This document shows positions 27,501 to 38,765 of a DNA stretch of 64,000 nt, piece after piece (position 1 is the stretch's first letter; each line of letters opens with the position of its first letter). The stretch comes from Balanoglossus misakiensis (lineage: Eukaryota; Animalia; Hemichordata): assembly GCA_040954595.2 (NCBI GenBank), contig CM082592.2, positions 11,315,812-11,379,811 on the forward strand, written 5' to 3'. The position numbers and the translations under genes were made by a program. Under the pieces are notes generated by a model. The model was not told the origin of the DNA, ran no database searches, and worked only from the letters and a program-made list of their open reading frames with translations.

Positions 27501-30500
27501 CCATCACCAACTCCAGAAGCTCCAGTTTTTCTGCCGATTGCTCCACCAGAGGGACAAGAGGCTTTCCTACACATGCTACAAAAAGCCAATATTGACCCTT
27601 ACGCCAATGCTGCACATTCTGAAGAGGATCATCCCCAGTTCAAGGACCAATGTAAGTCATTATTGATCTGTATGGACACAGTCGTTATTGCCCTATATTG
27701 ACCCATGTTTAAAGTCAACAGAAACCAATATTGACCCCTATAATATACTGTGAGAATGCTTCTTCAGAAGTTTGTGTGTCTGTCAAATAACAACTCTGCT
27801 TTTTGCTCTTTTTCTTGATTGACAGTAATTGCTGGTAAAGCTAAAAGTGTGGCAGAATTGGAAGCAGAATTGAAAGAGCTTGTCATCGGAAACAACAATA
27901 AAAATAGGAAGCCCGTCCAACCAGTGGTTGTCACACACATTCAACATCCAACACCACCTCCTACACTCCAAAAGACCGACAGACAACCAGAACATAGGGA
28001 TACGGCACCTCATATGTCAGCATTTGATAAACTTGTTTTCACTATGAAAGCGACTGGAAATTTACCTACAGTATCCAAAACAGTTGTAAGTATAGTGCTC
28101 TGGTCCTCAAATTTTAATATGGTCTGGTCTATACAAGTTTCCTGCATTCTCTATCGAATCTCACCTGCAAGATTGATATACTTAGTTTAGTCAACAAGTG
28201 TCTTTTGTTGCTCATGTATCTGTTATTTTTTACGTGTGTTCAGCTGAAATCTGATGGACGTCCACTGTCTCCGCTGGAGTTGTCTGCTCAAAACAAGAAG
28301 CTGGCAGCAAAGCGCAACGGACCAGAACCAGCGGTACTTGTTAGACCGCCATCAGGACCAACACCACCAACGCAAGACACTGGAGTGACTCTTCAGAGGC
28401 CTGAACCCAAAATGCCCCTCCAGAAACTCTCCCCTCCTCCACTTCAAATACCCATGCCCCAGATGGGTAGACTCACGCCAACGTACGCAGCGCAAAAAGA
28501 ACTCTTGCAAGAGCTTGTGAGGAATAACCAGTTAACAGCTGGAAGACCGCTGTCGCCACATTTCTTGGCTGTTAATCAGTTGAAACCTACACCACAGCAG
28601 CAGCAACAGATGTTGAAGAATATGGCTCAGAGGTAAGGCAGCTGTCCTGTTTGGTGGTTGGAAGGTCAAACATTGCAATTCTTATATCTTAATTTCTTAG
28701 ATGAAGACTAAAATGATAGATTTAGCTTTGTGCATTACAGTCCATTTGTGTCCATTCTGGAGATCGACTGAAACCCACTTATTTCACTACCCACACAGAT
28801 CCATATCACCCAGCCAGGAACTGCTAGGGGCATTACTGAAGCAGCAACAACAAGCAGCTGGAGTTCAGAGGCCTCAGTCACCCCAGGAATTCCTTCAACA
28901 GGTGTTGATGCAGCCTCAGTCAACTCCAAGGGGACCATCGCCTTCACCACTCAGTGAGTATTCAGAGAGTTTATAGTTAGTGAATGCAGTCTTTGATAAT
29001 TGTTCATGTACGTCTCAAATGAGGGATCACCAGTGATGCACACTGAATCACCAGCACTGATCATTGCAGAATGTCCAACATCCAATTCTTGAAATTTTCT
29101 TTATCAAATAAGTGAATAACAAATGTCTTTAAATCCCCCCTCTCCCCTCAATGCAGGTATCCCAGTGTCCGGAGGAAGAGCCACCTCCCCACTTCCCATT
29201 GGCCCTATTCCAGTTCCTCCCCTATCCCCACTGGCACCTCAACCTCCTCCAAACACTCCTCAAAGCGGAGGTTCTGTGATTCCAAGAGTACCCTCCCCAC
29301 AAGAGTTGGTGGCTCACACGCAGAGTATATATCAGCAGGCGTTGATCAAGAAACAACTGGAAGTGCAGAAAGAGAAATACCTTGCCAGAGAAGCAGCAAG
29401 GTAGGTTGAAAAAAAAAATCAGCAGAGAGGACGCTGTCCTCAATGATGTCACAGTTTCAACTATGAATATGCAAATCTAATGTGATATTTTGATTTTGAA
29501 AACACCCAAGGTAAATTGAGACGGAGGATAAACAGTGCCTGGCAGCTGACACTTTTTACAAGTATAAAGCAAAGAAAGAGAAGAACAGAAACTTGGCAGT
29601 AACTATGATGTAAAAAACTATGATATATAAAAAAATTCATTGTTTTTTATTACAGAGCCAAGTCTCCTCTCCCAGCAAACTTTAATCTAAACCAAGGCCA
29701 AATGAGAGACATGCAATTCAATGAAAATCTGCTTGCAACTCCCCCATCAAAGGTAAGTGTAACAGCCATTATTCTTACCTTGAATATGTAATGTTAAATG
29801 ACCTAACCATACCATAGAAAACTATGGGTTTGGACTGAACCATTGTGGTGAAAGAGTTCATTTCCACTCTTGCCCACATGTCGTGTTCTTTTTCCATTCA
29901 GAGTGCACCAAGCATTGTACCTGCGGCATTTACACCAACTTCCGTCATCCGCAAGATGCATGAAACCAAAGCAGAACAGCAGCAACAACTGCAGCAACAG
30001 CAAAATACTCACGACAGAGAGATCCTCCAACAGCAGCAGCAACAGCAGGGAGCGTTTAACACTGCCACTTTAAGTCCACAACAATTGTTCCCTCCGCAAC
30101 AGCAGCAAATGGGGAAACCCTTAGACACGCCAATGAGTAAGTTACCAGATATCTTCAGAGATGTTCTCAAAATAATACATACAGGTGTTCAGATACAGTC
30201 AATTCAATAATCTTTATTCATCCCCAAAACTGGGCAATTATCTAACTGAATACAATCTTGTATCCACAGACAGGGTAATGATGTCACCACAGAGACTGCC
30301 CATTAAGAGTGACGCCCCCGTGGTGAACCCCGCATCTCCTAAACACCAGATGTACCAGAGTAGCCCCATCCCTGTGCCAATGCATCAGCCACCTCCACAC
30401 TCACCAGCCAGGATGCCTCACAGCCCTGTGCGCCAGCCCCGCAAGGACAGTGCCAACATGAGTGGTGGCGATATTGACTACAACAAAATAAGAGAAGTCC

Positions 30501-31502
30501 AGCTGCAGCAGCAACAGAAAGCAGCAGCGGTCGAGACACAGGCTAGCCCGGGGGTGCTACCCTCTGGACCTGTACCAATGCAAACCCGTCCAATGGGTCA
30601 GCCTTCCCTGCCAGTGCCGTTGCTGCAGCGTATGCCCTCGCAGCCTGGACAGGGACCCCCTGGTCCTCCGCCAAGCAGTCCAGGGATCCACCCGGCATTG
30701 CTTCGTGGAATGTATCCCAATCTGAATCCAAATGTTAGAAACATGTCACCCATGCAACTGCCACAGGTAGGTGTCTAACACAGCAAACATTGATGTTTCT
30801 TCCCTTTGACAAATTGCTTGGGAATGCCAACATGTCACCAGGGGGTGACACTGGGCCTTGGCCAATAAAAACTTGCTTGTACATGTATCAGTGGTATTGA
30901 TAGAAACATTGTTATTGATCACAGCAGGGGTCTGGACCACGTGGTCTGCAGCAAGTAGGTAACGTACCAATGATGCTGAACTCTCGAGCTCCATTCCCTG
31001 TGACTTCCGCCGGACAGATTCCTGCGAACGCTGCTGCTGCAGCTGCTGCTGCTATGGCTGCTATGCAAGCAGGAATGCAAAGGAACCTGTCGCAGCAGCA
31101 GACACAGAATGTGCCTAGACCAGGTGAGAAATTCCATCCCTGCTCTCTCTTGCATTTGACCTCAAACTTCTTCCTTTAAGTAGAAGTTTGGAAGTGCCAA
31201 AGTGTATTACAAAGAATGCTTTAAACATTGAGATACTGGCACCCCCTTCCCTCCCTATCTAACAATCCACCTTTTGCCATTTGCCCGCAGAGTTGCCAAA
31301 CACACCGCCATTGGCCGGCACATCTGGGAACTACAATCAAACCTTCAACACGACTTCGTTAACTCAGCGATCACAGTCTCCGGTCAATCTGGCCAAATGG
31401 TTTGGCACGGACGTCCTGCAGCAACCACTGCCTCAGATGCCTCCAATGATGCGGCCAGGTCCAAACGTCCTCTCGGTTGAAGACATCGAGTGTCACCAGT
31501 GA
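24577..31502 (+). CDS. EIF4ENIF1: eIF4E nuclear import factor / 4E-Transporter; 17 coding exons (24577-24684, 25439-25512, 25767-25903, 26034-26372, 26583-26723, 26855-27018, 27174-27321, 27475-27651, 27826-28085, 28244-28632, 28799-28953, 29157-29400, 29656-29752, 29902-30136, 30270-30766, 30925-31123, 31291-31502)
   Basis: eIF4E-binding YxxxxLphi motif YSK|DELL split by an intron; RPSCLS..DGRWDPERWH; VLSPQRRSFG; Cup-homology/DDX6-binding EPEWFSAGPSSQSETIELHGF; SRFSQWF; MSAFDKLVFTMKA; FTPTSVIRKM; C-terminal LAKWFGTDVLQQPLPQMP..VLSVEDIE. Pro/Gln-rich throughout. Confidence 0.92.
29800..29860. mobile_element. Partial TTAA MITE copy in an EIF4ENIF1 intron
   Basis: CCATAG-AAAA-CTATGG..TTGGACTGAACCATTGTGGTGAAAGAGTTCA matches the right half of the element. 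Confidence 0.55.
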
Positions 31503-32643
31503 GGTCTCCCCTTGTCAGAGAGCGAGAATAAACTTGGGGTACTAGCAATATTGACTGATGAATCACATACTGAATAAATTTGTGCTTGGAACAGCTCAGT
31601 AAAATAGCCATCATGAATAGTGCTCAGACAAAGCTCATGTCAAAATTCAGTTTTGCATAATTATTACATTATAAAAAGCCAATGTGGCCCTTAAAACATT
31701 TTTTTAAACAAATGTTTTTGTTATCAATTGAAATAATGTTTTTTGAATAAGACAAAATTAGTCTTGTGCCGGTGTCTGAGTTTTGTCATTGTTGAATTTT
31801 TCACGGTGCTCTTTGATGTTTTCTTGATGTCCGTAAACACAGCAATAAATGTTGCTTTAATATCTAGAAGTCATGTGGGAGACTGAGAATGTATTCTAAT
31901 GAATTTAAAAAATAAGATGGTTTATATTACATTTACAGCCCACATTTTTCCTATTCAAGGTGTCGATATGCACTGATCGTAAAAGTGAAAACTTGTGATT
32001 TTTGTCTGGTCTCGGTGATGGACAAGAGTATTCATATATTGTTATTTTTGAAATTCACACTTTATATTTTTTTTGCTTGTAAATATGTTTTCCACGTCAC
32101 AAGAAATGTTTGAAAAATTTATCTAGGTATTGAAAACAGTCTATGTTGTTGTAAGGAATCAACTTGTAAAAAAGGATATGAAAGTATTACATTTTTTTCA
32201 GTTTTGTTTTTGTAGTTGTGTCATGTGGCTTTTTGATAGCAGATTAACTAGTAAAAAAAATATTGAAAAAAAATGAAAATTTGTGAATATGAAGTTCAGT
32301 TCTATATTGAGAATTTTTCCTAGTACATTGTACGACTCTTTTTTGTGAATTAATTGTACAATTCGTTCCTTCTGCAGCAGAACTTGTCTCTAAATGGCTT
32401 GTGAATTGTCAGGGAAAGAAAATAATTTTTTTCTACCTGTATCAAAGGATGTGATTCACATTACATTGATGTCCAATATGAATTTGTTTCTCTCAGTTGT
32501 TGCCGTGGTCTTGAAACTGAAAATTGAGCACTTATTCAATTATTCTCTTCTACTTGTTATTGTTAATTGAACCAGTGCAAGCGAGAGTGTCTGTGTCCTT
32601 GTCACTGTCTAGTTACACCCTTGTTTTAACAGTGAACAAATAA

Positions 32644-32736
32644 TCAATCCTTTCACCCCTATTTTCTAGTGTGTGGATCCAACATCACCACTGACACCAG
32701 TGGGAGTAAACCAAGGTGTGGTAGTGGAGGGGTTTA
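32644..32736. mobile_element. Degenerate copy of the TTAA MITE, opposite orientation to 32861-32954
   Basis: TCAATCCTTTCACCCC...CCACTG-ACAC-CAGTGG...GTGGAGGGGTTTA aligns by eye with the reverse complement of 32861-32954. Confidence 0.65.
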
Positions 32737-32860
32737 TTTATTTCCTGTCAACGAACTACTGTTTTTTTTCTTTTTTCTCATCAATGAGATTTCTTATGTC
32801 ACCTTGAATGGCAAGTGGAATCGACTCAGAGATCTTGTCAGTTTTGTGATGCTGTGCTGG

Positions 32861-32954
32861 TTAACCCTTTCACCGCCATGGTTTGGTCCAACTCCATTGT
32901 TCTCAATGGCGATGTGGGACCTTTATACAGGGAAATGTGGGGTGAAAGGGTTAA
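32861..32954. mobile_element. Short non-autonomous DNA transposon (MITE), TTAA-flanked, piggyBac-like ends
   Basis: TTAA-CCCTTTCACC ... GGTGAAAGGG-TTAA: perfect 10-bp TIRs flanked by TTAA. Internal hairpin CCATTG-TTCT-CAATGG. Confidence 0.8.
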
Positions 32955-34459
32955 GGAATAGTCATTATTGCAAAAGTTCATGAATTTACAATCCCTTCAT
33001 TATCATTTCTGAATTTATTCATTGCTGATAGAGCTCACCTGTACTGTATATTGCATGCCCATAAACCATAAGAGACAGACATTGCACCAATATGCATCAG
33101 TATCTTCTTTTGCAAATTAAGCTCAATTTTGGAACTTTTACCTACTTTAAGATGCAGCTGATGTGTACCAAAGTGAAAGTTTAGGGTGCAAATTTAGCTT
33201 GCAAGTTGTATAGCTCAATTTTCCTTTTTTCGCTTCAAAAGCATTATTATTATTTTTTGTTGATCTAGTGCCAAAACTCATGGCATGTTTAATCATGAAG
33301 GAAAAATTAAAATTTAGTAATTAGGTTCTTGCAGCTTTAGTGAACGATAGGCATTAATCTTCTGCAGTAGCATAACAATTTATTTTATGATTGAATATCA
33401 TGTTGGAACCTGGCTGCCATTTGTTTTGTCTACTTGGTATACCATGTTCCATTAGAAAGTTGACTGGCTGATCAGAGGTGATTTCTGCTGTGAATCTTGT
33501 ACTGCCCATCCCCCCCCCCTTCCTATGTTGTGAACCAAACCCAAATACTTACAACACACATGGATCACACCAAAATCGGAACAAACTGGGGATGTGCAGG
33601 GTTGTACTATAAGCTAGTGCATCTTTGTAATATTTTCATTTCATAAAGTATTCCTGTTTATGATTAGTTTAAAAAATCAGCTATACTGTTGATATTTTCG
33701 TTTCTAAACATTGAGTGCTGTCTTTATTTTTTTGAAAAGATTTCTTTATTCGTTGTTTTTGAAAACATTATTTTTTTGTTTAAATGTTTGTGTTCTAAAT
33801 GTTAAAGTCACTATAAGCAAAAAGCCAGTGACAGTCTAGACTTGTTGAAATTGTCCTGTCCTTGTCTGTTGATTAAATTTTGCATATCATATTTGTGTAC
33901 TTGGCAACGAGATGATTGTGTGTATGAATGAGTGAGCGAGCAAGCGAAAAAATTAAGTGAAAACACACGGTCTTTTCAGGTTCATTTTTCCGGCAATAAC
34001 ATTTCTGCCTGATATGTTATTATTTCTAGTTCTAGAAAGGTACATATAAAACAGTGCAAGCTGTTTGCTGTAATTTTGAAACAAGTTGGATTAGATTAAT
34101 TTTCAACAATAATTGTCTGTACCATACATGGCACATAACCCAACGTAATATTCAATACTGTTTTGGATTTTCAGTTTTCCAGGAAAAAGAGCTCAAGTAC
34201 CCTTACAAAGTCTGTAAATGGTATAGCCCAAGCAGAATCTTCCTCACATTTGCTCTGTGAATAGTTTATTCTACAAAAGAAAGTGTTGGTTACATCACAA
34301 CAATCTCTGTCCATTTTGAAATCCTCCTCCAAATAAATAGGTCTCACGGATTGTGCACCAATTACATGTACTTGTAATAAAAAATGACCAACATAAAGTA
34401 TGACAAATTTTAGTTTTGTTCAACTTTTGTTCATCTCTGTGTTAATGCCCCTCATGAGA

Positions 34460-34465
34460 AATAAA
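34460..34465 (+). terminator. Candidate distal poly(A) signal of the long (~3 kb) EIF4ENIF1 3' UTR
   Basis: AATAAA followed by GT/T-rich sequence. More proximal AATAAA hexamers exist at ~31527, ~31573, ~31844, ~34332 and ~34376. Confidence 0.4.
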
Positions 34466-35435
34466 GTGTGAATGTAATGTATTTCCATGTGAAATGTATT
34501 TTGATGTAAGTTTCAGATTCATTTGTTATAAATGTACTTGATGTTTGTGCACTGCTTCAAGATTTGCTTGACTGCGCATCCATTGTAGCATGGTTCAGCA
34601 TTCGTGCTTTCAAAGGTTCTGCAGACTGTTGGACTGACAAACTTTTGGTCCGTTCATACAATAGGCCAGGGCTGTAATGGGTTCCGAATTGCCAAACAGT
34701 GTGTGTTGATGCATGTCAACATATAGAAACTGATACCAGACATTTTGTGTCACAATTTCAGTAGATTTACTTTTATTCTGAACACACAAGCTATTTTGCA
34801 AACATTTTGTTTTTCAAAATGTTCCAGACGACTTTTGAGAGCAACAATGCAGAATTATTGTGTAAATTTTGAAGCTGTGCTTGGTAAATATTTCTCATAA
34901 AAATTTCATCAGTTATTGTCCCAAGATGCACACTTAATCACTTTGTTTAAAAAGATATCTGTTTACTACACCCATGTTGTTGTTGTTGTTGTTAACATAT
35001 CTCCTGAGATTTATTAAAAGACCACAGCATCAAGTACTTTGTGATGAAAATATTCCAAGTGAAACTGTCATATCTTTTCTTTACCCTGTAGCTACTAGCA
35101 TTTCCCAATAAACTTACATCATGAAAAATCATCTGTTCTGTCTCATTTCTGGTCACTATGTACTAAAAGTTTGTTTAGTTGAAGCATGATCACGTTCACT
35201 GTGGTATAATAATCTGTGATATGTAGATCAAGTTCCATTTCTGCGTTTAAATTTGGATTATTCGATTGGTTCTTGCTTTTATGGGTAAAGACATAGGATT
35301 CTGCCATCGACCGCTGATGGCGTCCTATTTGCAGAATAGAAAACACGAACAAACACACGCCAATAAGCGTGCGCGGTGGCGCGTGTGTCGTACTTTTGTA
35401 TTTTTGGTGAAATTTGGTTAAGTTCAAGCTGAAAA

Positions 35436-37831
35436 ATGGGTATATTGGAAAAAATATCGGAAATAGAGGCTGAAGTAAGTATTGGAGACTCGTCAATTAT
35501 CATAATATGTTTGTTCTTCAGTGGTATATTCTTAAAGTCATGAAGATGATGCCACTGTTGATATTCAGCATGCAAGCTTGAACGTCTTTTAGATATGTGT
35601 CATGGATCATAGACGTGGCAGAATAGCCTGGGTACAATACTGAGTCCTGTTTTGTTTCAGATGGCCCGGACACAGAGAAACAAAGCCACCATGGGTCACT
35701 TGGGTCTCTTAAAAGCCAGACTTGCTAAGTTGAGACGAGAACTGATCACACCAAAAGGAGGTGGAGGTGCAACTGGAGAAGGTGCGTTTCCATTGGTTGG
35801 TCAAGTTGAACATGTGACAATCACATGACCACTACCGCTTTGTGATTTGGTCAAATTCTCATTTACACATAGCACTGAGAAAAGAGTCTTTAGATATCAG
35901 TTCTGTGCACAGATGATATTAATGATGTAATCCCCATTCCAGGTTTTGATGTTGCAAAGACTGGCGATGCAAGAATAGGATTTGTAGGTGAGTGTTCTTT
36001 CAAATCAATAAAGTCAGTAAAATCAAATTAATCAAACAAAGTCATCTGGAAATTAGACAAAATCAAGAAATATACGAACCACTTTCTTTGTTCATACCCA
36101 CAGGTTTTCCATCAGTTGGCAAATCGACCCTGCTTAGCAATCTTGCTGGTGTCTACTCAGAAGTGGCAGCCTATGAATTTACAACATTGACCACAGTGCC
36201 TGGTGTCATTCGGTACAAAGGAGCAAAAATTCAAGTGAGTCTCATTCTTGATTTATGTTTCTGGATGTTTGAATCATTTTGTAAAATCTTTTATGACAAT
36301 TCAGATGTTGATGTATCAATAATTTACCAATGAAGATTTTGATTTCTTTGTTCTGATCAGTTGTTAGATCTTCCTGGTATTATTGAAGGTGCCAAGGACG
36401 GAAAAGGAAGAGGAAGACAGGTTATTGCCGGTAGGTTCAGTGGGAGAAACAGACGGAAAGATTAATAACGTTTTTGTTTGATTTGAACTGCTTTCTTCAG
36501 CGTCTGGTGTTCATGCTACATGTATATACTTGTTAATTGTCCGTCTGCGATTGACACCATTTTTTCTCTCTCCGTTCCTCAGTTGCCAGGACATGCTCTC
36601 TGATTCTTATTGTACTTGACGTCCTGAAACCCTTACAACATAAAAAGATTATTGAAAGAGAATTAGAAGGTTTTGGAATAAGGTAAGAGACCTAAACACT
36701 ACATGGAATGTTAAGAGTTATTTCATGAGATGTCATCATTTATATTCAGCTGATGTTATGAACACAGGGTAATATTATTACTTTGTGCTTTGTACTCCAA
36801 CAGGTTAAACAAAAAACCACCAAACATAGCATTTAGGAAAAAAGAAAAAGGAGGTATAAATCTCACAGCGACATGTGCCCAGTCACAGCTGGACTTGGAT
36901 ACAGTCAAGACAATCCTGTCAGAATATAAAATCCATAATGCTGATGTTACTTTGAGAGCCGACAGCACTGCAGATGATCTGATTGATGTCATTGAAGGAA
37001 ACAGGGCTTTTATACCCTGTATTTATGTCCTTAATAAAATTGATCAAATATCTATTCCGGTAAGTTTTCAATTTTTGCTGCTTTATAGTTTCAATTGGCT
37101 GACTCTTGAGGGCGCTCTTCCTTTCAGAGACAAGGCAATGTTTACAGTCCATCTATCCCAAGTAATTCCTATTCTACTATCCATTAAATACTTAATCTTT
37201 GTTCTTTATCATCTGTTTATGCAGGAATTGGACGTTATTTACAAGATTCCACACACTGTTCCAATATCGGCACATCACAAATGGAACTTTGATGATCTTC
37301 TAGAGAGGATATGGGAATATCTCAATTTAGTCAGAATGTGAGTTTTATATCCATGATATCAGTAAATTAGACCTTATCATTTTCTTATGCCTGTACTCCC
37401 TCATGGTTTTCCAGAATGAAAGTCTTGTCTGAGTTCAAGTTCAGTAATAAATGTAATCCTTGTCAATATTTGTAGTTACACCAAACCCAAGGGACAACTT
37501 CCAGACTACGAATCACCCGTGGTTTTGAAGAATGGCCAGTCAGCAGTGGAAGACTTCTGTAACAATCTTCACAAAGCCATCATGAAAGAATTCAAATACG
37601 CCTTGGTCTGGGGATCCTCTGTCAAACACAACCCGCAGAAAGTTGGCAAGGAACACCCTCTGGATGATGAGGACGTCATACAGATTGTGAAAAAGTAAGT
37701 TGGAAACGAGTGAAAGATGGTTCTTCCCACGCTGGTCAGTGGTGATCAGGCCAAACATGCCTATCATATTCATTAACTTTAATATGTTTATACTAACCAT
37801 TATTTCCATTTTATTTTATTGCAGAATCTAA
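35436..37831 (+). CDS. DRG1: Developmentally regulated GTP-binding protein 1 (~366 aa); exons 35436-35474, 35661-35781, 35943-35987, 36104-36234, 36361-36430, 36583-36682, 36804-37059, 37225-37337, 37476-37694, 37825-37831 (or stop at 37698 if the last intron is retained)
   Basis: [35 protein letters not shown]; G1 GFPSVGKST; G2 YEFTT; G3 DLPGIIEG; G4 NKID; TGS domain [36 protein letters not shown] and [14 protein letters not shown] are DRG1-type rather than DRG2-type. Confidence 0.95.
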
Positions 37832-38765
37832 ACAGATGTGATAGAGTGTAAAGAAAGATGACATCACCAATCATGTGACTAATACAGTTTGAGAAGAAAA
37901 ACAAAAGAAGCATCCTGTTCTGTATGTCACATTCATTTCACAGCAACTTGTTTGATGTTTTTTGTCTGCCTAGCAACTTTTCTTTCAGAAAATCATGCTC
38001 TCTTAACCAGTTGAAAAAACAACTTTACATACGTAATGTCTCTCACCCAGCTGTTGGTGGTAAAACACAATTCAGAATCTCCTATTTTCATTCATGATAC
38101 ATATTAAAGAGCAACACTATATAACAAACTCCAGACTTCAGTTTTTTTTCTTTCTATATGATTTGCCAAAGAGGATAATATTGACTTGTCTGCTATTCAA
38201 TAATGATGGTCATTCAATGTGGTCGCTACCCATGATTCTCCATTTTAAAACAGTGGTGAGGGAAAAACTCAAGATGAAATAATTGGGAATTGTCATCTGC
38301 CCAGATGTTTACTTTAAATTAAATTTGAAAATATAGTTGCCCTGACAACGTCGCTGACCTGTGTTGTGTTGCTACTAGCAACAGGTGGGGGCTGGTGACA
38401 CTTAATATGAATGGCTGTTGTGTGTAGTTAATTTCATACAATGAGAATCCTTTGTCTTTTCATTATTATTCAATCTAAAAACATGTTACCATGTGTTATG
38501 TTTTAACATACCTATGATGTAGATGTCTCGTATTAATGACAATTTCCCCATAAGAAATTTTCCGAAATTTAATCAAAATATCAAACGATGATCCTGTTTT
38601 TAAAGATGCCATTCATATGAGTGGTTTCCCAGTAACAAGGACAGACTTTCCCAGAATACATCAGAAGCCCCAAATATGTGTCCGAGTTATATTAGTCTTC
38701 GGTTTGAGTGGTGCCATTTGGGCCAATTGTCTCATTTTGGACCAGACACACTACAGCTGGCAGAC

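Noticed and set aside
32861-32954. Possible derivation of the 87-bp satellite from the similarly sized MITE
   Set aside because: Only short words (GACCAAA, ACCATGG-like) are shared; there is no colinear similarity by eye.
35436-35474. DRG2-like N-terminus [11 protein letters not shown]
   Set aside because: The rest of the protein and the gene neighbourhood are DRG1-type, and 13 residues are not enough to claim a chimera.
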